Below are positions 12,710-24,900 of a stretch of DNA of 64,000 bases, one piece after another. The notes below the pieces were generated by a model that saw only the letters and a list, made by a program, of their open reading frames with translations, was not told the DNA's origin and made no database searches. Numbering within the stretch: the first letter of the stretch is position 1; every line of letters starts with the position of its first letter. This stretch comes from Takakia lepidozioides (lineage: Eukaryota; Plantae; Bryophyta): NCBI GenBank assembly GCA_030704615.1, contig CM060732.1:31496001-31560000 (forward strand). The letters run 5' to 3'. The position numbers and the translations under genes are program-made.

Positions 12710-13330
12710 TGCATGTTTCTTCCCCACTGAGATGTATAGAATATTAGTCTAAGTCTACGTCGGATGATGAGTGCGATCAAAATCCCAAAACACAAGCCTC
12801 CTCCAATCGTAACCGTGCAGTTTGTTAAAACTATATGATTTCATGTTGCCGGCAAAACTGCAATGGTGGATGCTGCAAAAGCAACTAAAGTACACACAAT
12901 AGAAGCTGACAGTACAAATGTTCTGCAACCTACAATTACTCGAGTCCGGTTCAACTCAACCTACAAGGCCTCATATTGGAGTGTAAGTGACGGAATCATA
13001 GCCAACACGATGCATGCCACGGCAAGATAAAATGACATACTATCTGAAAATATGAATATTTTCACCGGGACATTTCGGTAGTCCAAAGATACGGTAACAC
13101 TGTAGGTAGCATAGCCGAGAGGTGGTTGCAATGGGCCCACATAAGATATTGTCGCCACTAAGGCTGATGTAACTGAAATGGCATTTGTAGCACAATTGAG
13201 ATTATTCTTAATATCCACAGTTATAGTAGTCACCTTCTCAAACCACCATGCTCGGTCTTTCCCCGAAGCTGAGGCTCCAGGATTTGGAGTTAAGTTATTC
13301 TTGTCGGGTTGTGAGATGTCGAGACCTTGT
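12710..13330 (-). pseudogene. PGG-domain (ankyrin-TM/ACD6-like C-terminal) membrane protein remnant
   Basis: NAISVTSALVATISYVGPLQPPLGY...IFIFSDSMSFYLAVACIV, continuing past stops into further hydrophobic segments (VLSASIVCTLVAFAAST; IGGGLCFGILIALII). Confidence 0.75.
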
Positions 13331-13444
13331 CAAGTTATTTTACCACTAGTGTAAACTAGCTAGGAAATAGCTAGCTTTTAAATATTGACATTTGGGATTG
13401 GCAAGTGTCAATCCAGGGGTCAAGGCAGATTTAGGCCCTGAGTG

Positions 13445-13672
13445 GTTATCTTCACGGCAAGCGCGGGAGGCTCATCTTTCTCGAGTTGAGCCTCACCGCG
13501 CTAGCTATGGCGCCGTAGTGTGGATTTCCCCATGGCGTGGGGTGGCACTTGGCTTGACTTGTATTTGAGTGATGTGAGGTTATATATTGCATGAGTTTAT
13601 GCTTCAGATTGAGTGAGCTACGTGCTTGTATTCTTCTTCTTTATCACTCGAGAAAAAGATGAGCCTCGTATC
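13445..13672. repeat. Dispersed MITE-like repeat with internal inverted repeat
   Basis: GAGGCTCATCTTTCTCGAGT ... ACTCGAGAAAAAGATGAGCCTC; similar to 7640-7885. Confidence 0.55.
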
Positions 13673-14172
13673 NNNNNNNNNNNNNNNNNNNNNNNNNNNN
13701 NNNNNNNNNNNNNNNNNNNNNNNNNNNNNNNNNNNNNNNNNNNNNNNNNNNNNNNNNNNNNNNNNNNNNNNNNNNNNNNNNNNNNNNNNNNNNNNNNNNN
13801 NNNNNNNNNNNNNNNNNNNNNNNNNNNNNNNNNNNNNNNNNNNNNNNNNNNNNNNNNNNNNNNNNNNNNNNNNNNNNNNNNNNNNNNNNNNNNNNNNNNN
13901 NNNNNNNNNNNNNNNNNNNNNNNNNNNNNNNNNNNNNNNNNNNNNNNNNNNNNNNNNNNNNNNNNNNNNNNNNNNNNNNNNNNNNNNNNNNNNNNNNNNN
14001 NNNNNNNNNNNNNNNNNNNNNNNNNNNNNNNNNNNNNNNNNNNNNNNNNNNNNNNNNNNNNNNNNNNNNNNNNNNNNNNNNNNNNNNNNNNNNNNNNNNN
14101 NNNNNNNNNNNNNNNNNNNNNNNNNNNNNNNNNNNNNNNNNNNNNNNNNNNNNNNNNNNNNNNNNNNNNNNN
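13673..14172. other. Assembly gap (500 N)
   Basis: Run of N. Confidence 1.
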
Positions 14173-14439
14173 AGAGGAGTCAGCAGAGGTTTGCTATTTC
14201 ATGAGCATAGCGGCATGAGCGGCATACGGCATGAGCAGAGTAGTAACACAATCGTTTTTCAGAGCAGAAGTACAAATTTCGAAATAAAAAACAATAAAAA
14301 AACTAAAAACAAATAATTTAATGCAATGTGTCAGAAAAACAAATATATTATTCGGCCCCTTGAAGGGAAATTGCACTTTTGACAGTGGTGCTCATGATAT
14401 TTTTGTCTTCCGCTCATGCCAATTCCTAGCGACATGTGC

Positions 14440-14800
14440 AAATATGGCGCCGAATTTCGCGTAATAGGGTCCGTAACCTGAAAAAAACGGCGACGTATTT
14501 CGCGGCAATAGGTCTCTCTCTGGCGAAAAATGGTGCCGAATTCCGCGGCTATAGGTCCCCTCATGACAGGTATTCGGCGCCATTTTTCCAGTGCATGTTC
14601 GACTTAGCCAGTTTTCGGCCCAAAAAGAGAAATTCGGCGCCATTTTTCCAGACACGGTACCAGTGCATGTTGGGACTTAGCCAGTTTTCGGCCCCAAAAA
14701 GAGAAATTCGGCACCATTTTCCCAAACACAGGTACCAGTGCATGTTGGGACTTGCGAGTTTTCGGCCCCAAAAAGAGAAATTCGGCGCCATTTTTCCAGA
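14440..14800. repeat. Subterminal tandem repeat (about 70-bp unit) carrying AAATTCGGCGCC and GACTTAGCC motifs
   Basis: GGGACTTAGCCAGTTTTCGGCCCCAAAAAGAGAAATTCGGCGCCATTTTTCC repeated about 3 times. Confidence 0.85.
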
Positions 14801-14954
14801 AATGGGCCCCAGAACTGCTTCTGTTGGATCTCAGTTTGAATGGAATATTGCCTCATTCCAGGAGTTTGGGGTGCATTTCATTACACTGCAAAAAAAAGTC
14901 TGATACAGCAAAATGCATTTGAAAATATCCATATGGAGGATTCCGTTTGCCCCA

Positions 14955-17900
14955 TCAATGATTTCTGGAATCCCTAAGAAGGAGTTTGTGCAGCTCGTTC
15001 ACGCTCAACGCCGGTGCATGAATAAAGTCATCAATAGTCACGTTCATCCTCAACCTCTTCAGGTAAATGTAATACAGATGCTTGCACGGATAATACTTCG
15101 AACCCTTCTTTGCTTCCATCAACGAGAAGTCCGTACAGTTGCAAGTCGGCTCCACTCCAATCGTAATTGTGTATACATCGTCGCGTACAGCCGAGCCGGC
15201 CGTTGCCATCCGATACACAACGCCCAAGGCCGGGTGGGGGTACGTCCACGGAGCTCTGAATAGTGCAAGCCATCCCAAGAGCATTGGCAATCCGAGTCTC
15301 ATTCAACTTGTTGGGAGGGTGTCGTCTCTTCACTCTTCCGAATCGCATTGTGGGATGTGCAAATTGTCCAATCCGTCTCTACTGGACCGAGCAGTATGCA
15401 ATGGCTGGGTCTGAGGAACCGGAAATGCGTGGGCCGGGATGTCTGTGCGTTGCACCATTCGAAATCCTGCTGCAGATAGAGCATCCGCCTCATTCTGAGA
15501 GAGGCTGCAACCCGGTGCAACAGGCCAGACGCCCGGAGGCTCCGGCATTCCCTGAATCCCGTACTTTTGGGCTTGCCAATACACAGGTCATTATGTCGTG
15601 CCTACAGAACCAAAATGTCTGCGTTGTGGCGTGAGCAAATGTGGGAGTCAAAAATCTGCCGCTGAAACAAGGTGCAGGTACAGCACCGTGTGGGTTCCTC
15701 CGAATCATCTCACCACACAGCGTGCTCTCGTATCCACCGGATGGCGCAACACTTCCCTCGAATGCCGGCAATGTCCTCGCAATTCTCCACTGTGACTCCG
15801 ACACTCTTGTCTCCACAATGGGAATGTTGTATTGCTTTACTACAGATGGCTCGTTATGTTGCCGGGGCACGCGCCCTGTGCTCAAAGGAGATGGCGATCT
15901 TGAACGTGCAGGACTTCCGGTGCTCGACGAGACCTCCTCGGACAACATCACCGGACCACGAGGGAGCGTGCGAATATTCTTGTCAGCTCGCCATGAATCC
16001 TCTTCTCTCCGCCAGGTGCCTCGTCAAGTCTTCGTCTCACTGGACGGGTATGAACATCTCCTTCCAAATGTTGGCCTCTTCGCAGCAATGGCGTGTCCCG
16101 AAGGCCCTCTCGCAAGGCCGCCGCCCACTTCCGAGGATTCTTCGATCTGGAGGCAGTCCGCATCAGCATTTCCTGCCTGTCCGGCCCCAAGCCCCACTGT
16201 TTCCCTTTCAAGAACTCGTTGTACCTGCATTGCTGCATAATTGACCTCACAATGTCCTCCGTTGTGGCAGTGAGGATGTCCACCAGATGCGCCGCAGAGG
16301 AGGCACGCCAGGAAGAGTGCACTGATTCGGCCATGTTTGTCGTGGGCATGTCGGTGTCGGAGTCGAGACACATTTCCTGCACAAGCACATGTTGAGGTTA
16401 CAAGCAAGTTACAAATATGGCCAAGAATAATATCCAACGGGACAGAATTCGTGCAACTCACCTCCCGCATATAGTCGCCGAACTGGAGGAAACGATAATG
16501 CCACCATGCTAGCCAACTGACCATTGCTCCTTCGTCTGATTTCCTTACAGCACCTGACGATGTCCACCAAGCCCGTATGCATGCAAACTGTGTCTCTCTG
16601 CAATCCAAGTGGGAGCGCGCTTCCACGCAAGGCACATGGAACGGTGCTCCTCTCTGAAATCTGGCGCCACGAGCCTGGTTGTGTACTGCGAAAGGCTCTG
16701 CAGAAAGTGGAACCCACAAGATCTCTCCTTGCCTTCCATGGGAACATTGGGGTCTTGCCCGTACACCCTTCGGATGGCAGCCCAATTTGCTTGTGCGTTG
16801 TCCGCCATGAAACCACGGAAATTGGGAGGGGGCAATCCCGCCTTGGCCATCTGTTCGTTTATTCCCTGCCAAAGAAGCATCTCCGATTGTGTGTCCTCTC
16901 CTTTCATCTCACAAATAGCAATTGTCATTAGCATCCTGCAGTGGGTGTCGTAGACATGTGCACCCATTGTCACCCACTGGTGATTTGTAATTCGCTTGAT
17001 ATGGTCGAACATGACCCAACTGTTTGACAAGTTCCCACTCGTCATCCTGTCGACCAGTTCGACGCCACTGCCAGGTCCACACGTGGACATTTTGAATACG
17101 AAACAACGATCTGCCTCAGTCCCTTGTCCTGGAAACCTACTTCCATGAATGTAGTCATATCCACATCGTCGCTTCACCTCCAGAATGGAGTGCATATCCG
17201 AGCCACGCCCAATTTTCTGTTTGCAAGAGACAATGTGGTTTCGGACATTCGGTGAACATACGTGGGACACCGACTCGAGCAATGCCTCCATTTCCTTCTC
17301 GTCGAGAGGACTCTATCCGAGCCGTCTTCCGACATAATTCTGGCCAATGCCATCTTATGGGCGGCTTGGAGCTGTATCTGTTTGGGTTTGGCACCCGGTC
17401 TCAACTTAACCTCCTCCTGAACGAGCTGCTCTGCTTCGTGGGCAGCCTCCCGCGAGTTCCCCCTCGCCAATTTGTGACAATGGGAACCAACGTGTATGCA
17501 AGCTCGGGTGAGGTCAGGGAAACGGTGCAACACATAGAACTGCTTGGCATTACAAACAGACATGCAGTGTGGTGGTTCTTTGCAATGCGCACACTTAAAT
17601 GTGGAGTTCGGAACCTTCTCCTGAGCTCGAAATGGTTGGTGAGCTGTGCCTGTCCAATCGGTCTCGTTCCTGTGACCTCTGGATTTAAAGTGGAGCAAGT
17701 TGGGGAGAAACACCGCAACGCGCCCGCACAAACAACGTAGCGCACCCGCACACCATCAAGCATCTTCATGCTGGTGGTTTTGGTAACGCACCAAGGATGA
17801 CCGTCATGTTTTCTATCCATATCTGTCAACATTCCGGACGCCCTCGAGTAGTCCGCCCGAGGAGGGAACTCAAAGAAGACATTACCGTCGACGTCGGCGG

Positions 17901-18548
17901 GAAGGCATGTAACCGATTTAATTGCGAACATGCTGTAGTCCAGCCCGGCCAGCTCCGACCGGTGTCCCTCCAGGTGAAGCCCTCGCAGAATTTCTAGAAT
18001 AGATCGAACTGCGGTGCTCGTGCTGGGATATGACTCCCTCCTCCACTGACGTCCATTGAGGACTTGCCTGATCTCCAGGACGACCTCGGAACTTCCATGA
18101 CCTCGTCTGAGTCGGACAGGTTGTGAACAACCCGGTTCTCGGTCGTCTTCATGGATGGGTTCGGCTCTGGATTTACTTCGTTGCGGACTTCTCTCTTTGA
18201 GGTACCCACTCTCTGATTCGCGGATTGTTTCGTGGAAGGCGCCAGGATAGACGGTGCATTTGGCGGGCAAATGAAGTCCCCAACAGCCCTGTATATGACG
18301 CTGTCCGATGGTGGAACTCGCCATTCCCTGCCATCCGAAATCATCGTGGAGCACAACAATACAATACTCTCGACAACAAGGCCGTTTGAGTCCTTCCTTT
18401 CCTCCTCCAAAAAAACCGACCCCGGTTTCAGGTGGTATCGAACGCACAGATATTTCTCCATCACCCGGCAGGTGTCCCCTCTGCACGGAAATGAAGCTCT
18501 ATGCTCGTGAGGAGGGCAGTACACTGTAGCGCTCGGGTTTTCCGCCAT
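14955..18548 (-). CDS. MULE transposase with GCM-like N-terminal zinc domain, DDE core and C-terminal SWIM finger; intron 16377-16461; several frameshifts in this assembly
   Basis: DGHPWCVTKTT...CAGALRC...CAHCKEP...HVGSHCH (GCM/WRKY-like); VMFDH...FMADNAQA...CGFHFLQS (D, D, CxxH); TTNMAESVH (E); CNCTDF...PCKHLYY (SWIM). GT-AG intron joins MRE|EMCLD. Start codon is approximate. Confidence 0.9.
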
Positions 18549-18849
18549 GGGAGATGTGCACACAAGACTGCCAGGATGGCGTGCGGGGAAGCTCCCTGGT
18601 AGAAGGGGTGCAGCGATGGGAATGAATGCGATGCCGATTTGTCCGAGCGACGAAGCCTGATCCAAATCCAGGGAGCCAACTATCTCAAAAATCCACAGTC
18701 AGAGTGTTAATGAACCTTGTCTCCGGAATGCGGCCCCTCGTCTTTGCGCAATAACTGCCAACGGTATGCAGTCAGAAAGTGGGGGGCCGTCCGGATGATG
18801 ACGGCTGAAGGGGATAAGTCGGCACCGTGCCGTCACATTACTACCCCCG

Positions 18850-21680
18850 AATGGAAATTCGGCACCCACATCCAACAGAGGAAGCCCGGATGAAGTCGCC
18901 TCGGGCGCAGAGGCCGGAGTGTGTGCGACAGAGAACATCCCCTGGATGGAGATTCGGCGCCGAATTTCCATCCGGTCCCCCCAAAGGGAGTCGTGTCGGG
19001 GGGTCAGGCCGAAAACTGGACGGCATAAAAACATCCCCAGATGGAAAAACGGCGCCGAATTTCCATCCGGGGCGATTCGGATGCAGTCGGGGAGGGGGGA
19101 GTGGCCTGCAGTTGGCTGTCACATTTCAACCCCGGACGGAAATTCGGCAACGAATATCGAACAGGGGACGCCCGGATGAAGTCGCCTGGGGCACAGAGGC
19201 CGGCCAGTGTGCGACAGAGAACATCCCCTGGACGGCCATTCGGCGCCGAATTTCCATCCGGGCCCCCCCAAAGGAAGTGTTGTCGGCGTGTCAGAGCGAA
19301 AACTGGCCGACATAAAAACCTCCACAGATGAGAAAACGGCGCCGAATTTCAATTCGGGGCCGTTCCAATGAAGTCGGGGAGGGGGGAGAGGTCGGAACCT
19401 GGCAGTCATATTTCAACCCCGGACGGAAATTCGGCACCGAATATCCAACAGAGCGGCGGAGAGGCGGCACCTCTCCGACAGAGACCATCCCCCGATGGAG
19501 ATTCGGCGCCGAATTTCCATCCAGCAGGTAAGTGGAATCTCGGATGGATGGAGATTCGGCGCCGAATTTCCATCCAGCAGGTAAGTCGGATCGGTGCCAT
19601 ATGGATATTCGGCGCCGAATTTCCATCCTGCAGGTAATTCGAATCTCGGATGGATGGAGATTCGGCGCCGAATTTCCATCCAGCAGGTAAGTCGGATCGG
19701 TGCCATATGGATATTCGGCGCCGAATTTCCATCCTGCAGGTAATTCGAATCGTGGATGAATGGAAATCGGCGCCGAATTTCCATCCAGCAGGTAAGTCGA
19801 TCGGTGCCATATGGATATTCGGCGCCGAATTTCCATCCTGCAGGTAATTCGAATCGTGGATGAATGGAAATTCGGCGCCGAATTTCCATCCAGCAGGTAA
19901 GTCGGATCGGTGCCATATGGATATTCGGCGCCGAATTTCCATCCTGCAGGTAATTCGAATCGTGGATGAATGGAAATTCGGCGCCGAATTTCCATCCAGC
20001 AGGTAAGTCGGATCGGTGCCATATGGATATTCGGCGCCGAATTTCCATCCTGCAGGTAATTCGAATCGTGGATGAATGGAAATTCGGCGCCGAATTTCCA
20101 TCCAGCAGGTAAGTCGGATCCGTGCCGTATGGATATTCGGCGCCGGATTTCCACTCGCCATTTATTTCTGAACGGGGAATTACCTTCGTGCAGGTAATTC
20201 GCATACAAGAATTACCTTCGTGCAGGTATTTCCAGATGACAATTACCTTCCTGCAGGTAATTCCAATCGATGTTTTTCCTCGTCCAGAATTACCTGCACA
20301 AAGGTAATTCTCATCTGGAAATTACCTGCATGAAGGTAATTCTTGTATGCGAATTACCTGCACGAAGGTAATTCTTATTTGGAATTACCTGCACGAAGGT
20401 AATTCCTCGCTCAGAAATAAATGGCGAATCGAAATTCGGCGCCGAATATCCATATTGCACCGATCCGACTTACCTGCTGGATGGAAATTCGGCGCCGAAT
20501 TTCCATTCATCCACGATTCGAATTACCTGCAGGATGGAAATTCGGCGTCGAATTTCCATTCATCCACGATTCGAATTACCTGCAGGATGGAAATTCGGCG
20601 CCGAATATCCATATGGCACCGATCCGACTTACCTGCAGGATGGAAATTCGGCGCCGAATTTCCATTCATCCACGATTCGAATTACCTGCAGGATGGAAAT
20701 TCGGCGCTGAATATCCATATGGCACCGATCGACTTACATGCAGGATGGAAATTCGGCGCCGAATTTCCATTCATCCACGATTCGAATTACCTGCAGGATG
20801 GAAATTCGGCGCCGAATTTCCATTCATCCACGATTCGAATTACCTGCAGGATGGAAATTCGGCGCCGATATCATATGGCCCGATCCGACTTACCTGCAGG
20901 ATGGAAATTCGGCGCCGAATTTCCATCATCCACGATTCGAATTACCTGCAGGATGGAAATTCGGCGCCGAATTCCATATGGCACCGATCCGACTTACATG
21001 CAGGATGGAAATTCGGCGCCGAATTTCCATTCATCCACGATTCGAATTACCTGCAGGATGGAAATTCGGCGCCGAATTACCTGCTTCAGGGAAATTTGGC
21101 GCACGGCTACCTCCGCGGATGGAAATTCGGCGCCGGATTTCCATCCGGGCGCATCCGAATTACCTGCTTGAAGGAAATTTGGCGCACCGCCCTACCTACC
21201 TGCGCGGATGGAAATTCGGCGCCGGATTTCCATCCGGGCGCATCCGAATTACCTGCTTGAAGGAAATTTGGCGCACCGCCCTACCTGCGCGGATGGAAAT
21301 TCGGCGCCGGATTTCCATCCGGGCGCATCCGAATTACCTGCTTGAAGGAAATTTGGCGCACCCCGCCTACCTGCGCGGATGGAAATTCGGCGCCGGATTT
21401 CCATCCGCGCGCATCCGAATTACCTGCTTGAAGGAAATTGGCGCACCCGCCCTACCTCCCGCGGATGGAAATTGGCGCCGGATTTCCAACCGCGAGCATC
21501 CGAATTACCTGCTTGAAGGAAATTTGGCGAACCGCCTACCTGCGCGGATGGAAATTCGGCGCCGGATTTCCATCCGGGCGCATCCGAATTACCTGCTTGA
21601 AGGAAATTTGGCGCACCGCCCTACCTGCGCGGATGGAAATTCGGCGCCGGATTTCCATCCGGGCGCTTCCGAATTACCTG
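18850..21680. repeat. Intergenic array of GGAAATTCGGCGCCGAATTTCC palindromes with an inverted-repeat core centred near 20275
   Basis: About 100-bp units at 19490-20160 are the reverse complement of units at 20420-21075. The centre consists of AATTACCT...AGGTAATT repeats. About 85-90-bp units at 21075-21680 and about 290-bp units at 18850-19490. Confidence 0.95.
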
Positions 21681-21908
21681 CGTGAGGGAAATACCGGGAC
21701 TGTTTTCGTCTATTTTCTTCCGACATGGAGGGCTTCATCCGACATTTAATTGCGCAGTTGGGCAATAAATGTCGACGGCCGTCGGTTATTATTCGGGCTG
21801 GCGACGCATGGCTTCCTGGACACGTACCCTAAATCTCATGCTATACTTGGCTTAACATGGTATTCCAGGCATGTACCCCAAAAAAGGAGATCTTTTTGGC
21901 TGGGACTT

Positions 21909-24900
21909 ATGCCGCCTGAAGGGCGTGGCTCTCCTGAGAGAGACCTCAGATCCAGACCGCGGCGGAAGTTGAAAGCTCTGTACTACGGACGACGGCCAAT
22001 CTCTCGCATGGCCAAACTGAAGCTCCAGCAGGAGATTCCAGTGTCTTGCTCACAACCTGCGCCAACTGAAGCCGAGTACTCTCAGGCAAGCCACTTCTGC
22101 TTTCGGTTTGTTCGATTTCTTTTTGCTTTCGCTTCGTTACCTCGCTTTGTTTCTGCATCTTCATCCTGGCTTTGCTTTATGAGTGAACTTTAGATAGTTG
22201 ACTGAACCTTAGATTGTTTGCAATGCGTGTGCAAATCCGGCAGCTCTGGAGAAGGCTGCTTGTGCATGTCATTCTTAGGCAATGGTTGCATTTGTTTTCA
22301 TTGTTGTTGCATGGCTCTCCATACTTCCTAAACTTGTTATGTTTTCATTTTTGCTACATGATTGCTGCTATGGTGGTTGCGCTGCTGCTTTTTGCACCAC
22401 TGTTGGTGTTCACGATTTTTGTCAATCACAGAGTGACGACGAGCCCGGCACGCTGGTGGTATCATCGACAGCTCCAACTCATCGCATGTTTGAATCGCCC
22501 AACTTGGGGCGAGAGGGCAAACTTAAATCTTTTGTTGGTGGACGGGAGGACTTGCAACGAGATTACGATAGAGTAGGCATTAGGGAGGTTGGTGCAGGCG
22601 GCATGGCAGGTGAAGGGCGTGAGGACATGAGGACAGCAGATCCGGCAATGGAGGTTGTTCATGCACATGCAGTAGGGCCCGCCCACGCAAAGAAAAAGAA
22701 GAAAGCTAAGCACATGCAATCCCCGGCGAGAGAGCAGTCACGGGCTGCGGAGGGGGAGTGAGCAGTGCGCGCGAGGGTGTCAGTTCGCCTCAATCAAAGG
22801 TGGTCGTCCTGGAGGGCTCCCCTGTTGCTAGCCCTAGTAAGAAACAGAAAGCCCGTGAGAGGGCAAAAGAGAGGGCAAAGAACAGACGAGACAGAATGCT
22901 AGCAAGGAGGAAAGACAAAAGGCAGCTGAAGAGGCCAGGGGTGCCCAAATGACAGATGCCAATGTAAGCGAGGGACACACAGAGACGGTGGATCCCTACA
23001 AGACACCACAGAGAGGCAGTAGCACACCGGTTAGACCATCGCGGGCAAGTGCAGCCCCCGCAATTACCCATACGGTGGAGAGTGGAGGAGAGGAAAGAAC
23101 ACCTGAAAGAGCACCGATTGTGCAAGTTCGAGGTGAAGCCAGGGAGAGGGCAGTAGAGACGACGAGAGTGCTGGAGGTGGTTTCGCAGGTGGCTGACCCT
23201 GTTGAGGAGGACGACATGGATGTTTCTGACCAGGATGACATTCTCCCGGACATCCCCAGCCCCAAACCCGGAGCATACAGGCTGGATTTGGCGGTCTGGT
23301 GGGCTGCCGGAAAACCCCTCTGCAGCAGACGTCATGTCTGAGGCGGATATGAAGTTGGCCGCTGCCAAGATGTTGGAGGCAACCCACAGCAACATTGGCA
23401 GGGTGCTGGGGGGCATGGTGTACCCGGCCAAGCTTCGAATTCCCTTTTGCCGCTTGGTGTCATTGCAGGTGGTGAGACCTGCCCTCCCAGGCGATATCGA
23501 CAAGCTGAAATTCTCTTTCCGGGATGGATATCGAATGGGGTCTGCCGCCTTTTACGTTTCCATTGAGAACGACCACGGAGCTTCCCGTGCCCACACTTCC
23601 GATGAGGTGGACAAATGGGGTCCCCATTGGCAAACGCGAAATGAGGAGTTCGAGAGATCGATTGCTAGTGATCCTCTTTTCCAGCACATGTCCGGTAAGA
23701 TGTTCTACGTGTGGGACGGCAATCATCGCCTCCTGGCATGGATGGAGCACATTGCCCAAGCCCACCCCAACGATCTCGATTGGCATTTCGCCGTCGATTG
23801 TGTTGTGCTGAAGGTTGCGGGGCCCAAAGATCGCAGTCTTCTCAAAGCTGCAATGGCCGACATCAACTCGTAAGCTACAACCCCTCTCGCTTTTGGACTT
23901 TGAATTTGGAAGTCATTTCATTGCGAATCCTCATATATGATGAAAATTCCCATTTCAGTATTGTTTGATGGAAATGTGGCACTGCAGGGTGACTGAGAAT
24001 GCCTTCATTGCCACCAACTTGTCCCATATGCTCTTCCGAGTGAAGGATGTCGGGAGGCAGGGGTGGAAGAGTTTGCCAATTCCCTCAGTGCCGACCTCCT
24101 GCGCAAGTCGGAGGCAAAGGCAGACAGAACCTGGTATAGGCTGAGCGTCGACGCCATGGTGGACTACATATTTCGGGTAAAGCTCCTGCAGTTTTGTTGA
24201 GCTAATTTGTCTCTCCTCCCCCAATAGAAGAAATTGTGTTGAGCAGGATCTCTAATCTTATGTGCTGCTTTTCGACAGACGAAAATACAGCAGGATTTGG
24301 CACATGCGCGGAGGTTCTACATGGAGTCAGAGGAGAAGAATCCAACCCTCCCGGAACTCGAATCGTATGTCAAAGCTGCGGAGGTGAGGGCCCGCATAAA
24401 GTACAAGTCGCGGATGGTAAAGTACGTGGCCATAGCTGATCCCGCCCTTGGTGCCGACTTTCTGGTGGAGGTGGGAAAGCACTACTCTCGCGCTCTGAAG
24501 CCCACGATGACATTGGAGAAGCTCCATCGTCTAGCCACATCCTATGTGGATGCAACAGAAAAGGTGATACATTCTTAACCAAATTGTGGTGGCAACAACT
24601 CCTTTTTGTGGTGTTTGGCGCTTACGAATATGCTGGGTGGTTGGACAGACCCGGTGGCTCCAAATCTGGAATGGTTCCCAAAGTACCAGGGACATGTGGA
24701 GCTTCCCCAAACCGGACAAACTCTCTGACCCCACATTCGACATGTGGATGAACCGCATGACATGGTGGTTTCAGGTACTTCCCCACGCTTCGTTTGGGGC
24801 TTGTACTCTAGTAGGGGGTTGATTCATTGTATTTTTTGAGGAAAGCGATCTGATGGACAATCTCCACAGGTGACGACGAATGCGCAAGAGCAGCTGGACA

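Noticed and set aside
13613-14218. ORFs spanning the N run
   Set aside because: Artefacts of the assembly gap.
19490-21680. CRISPR-like look (palindromic repeats with spacers)
   Set aside because: Spacers are themselves repeated, not unique; no cas genes; eukaryotic transposon context.
19291-21749. Long ORFs in all frames (MEIRRRIS/WKFGAEF repeats), also at 47900-51563
   Set aside because: By-products of stop-poor palindromic tandem repeats, open on both strands with no domain content.
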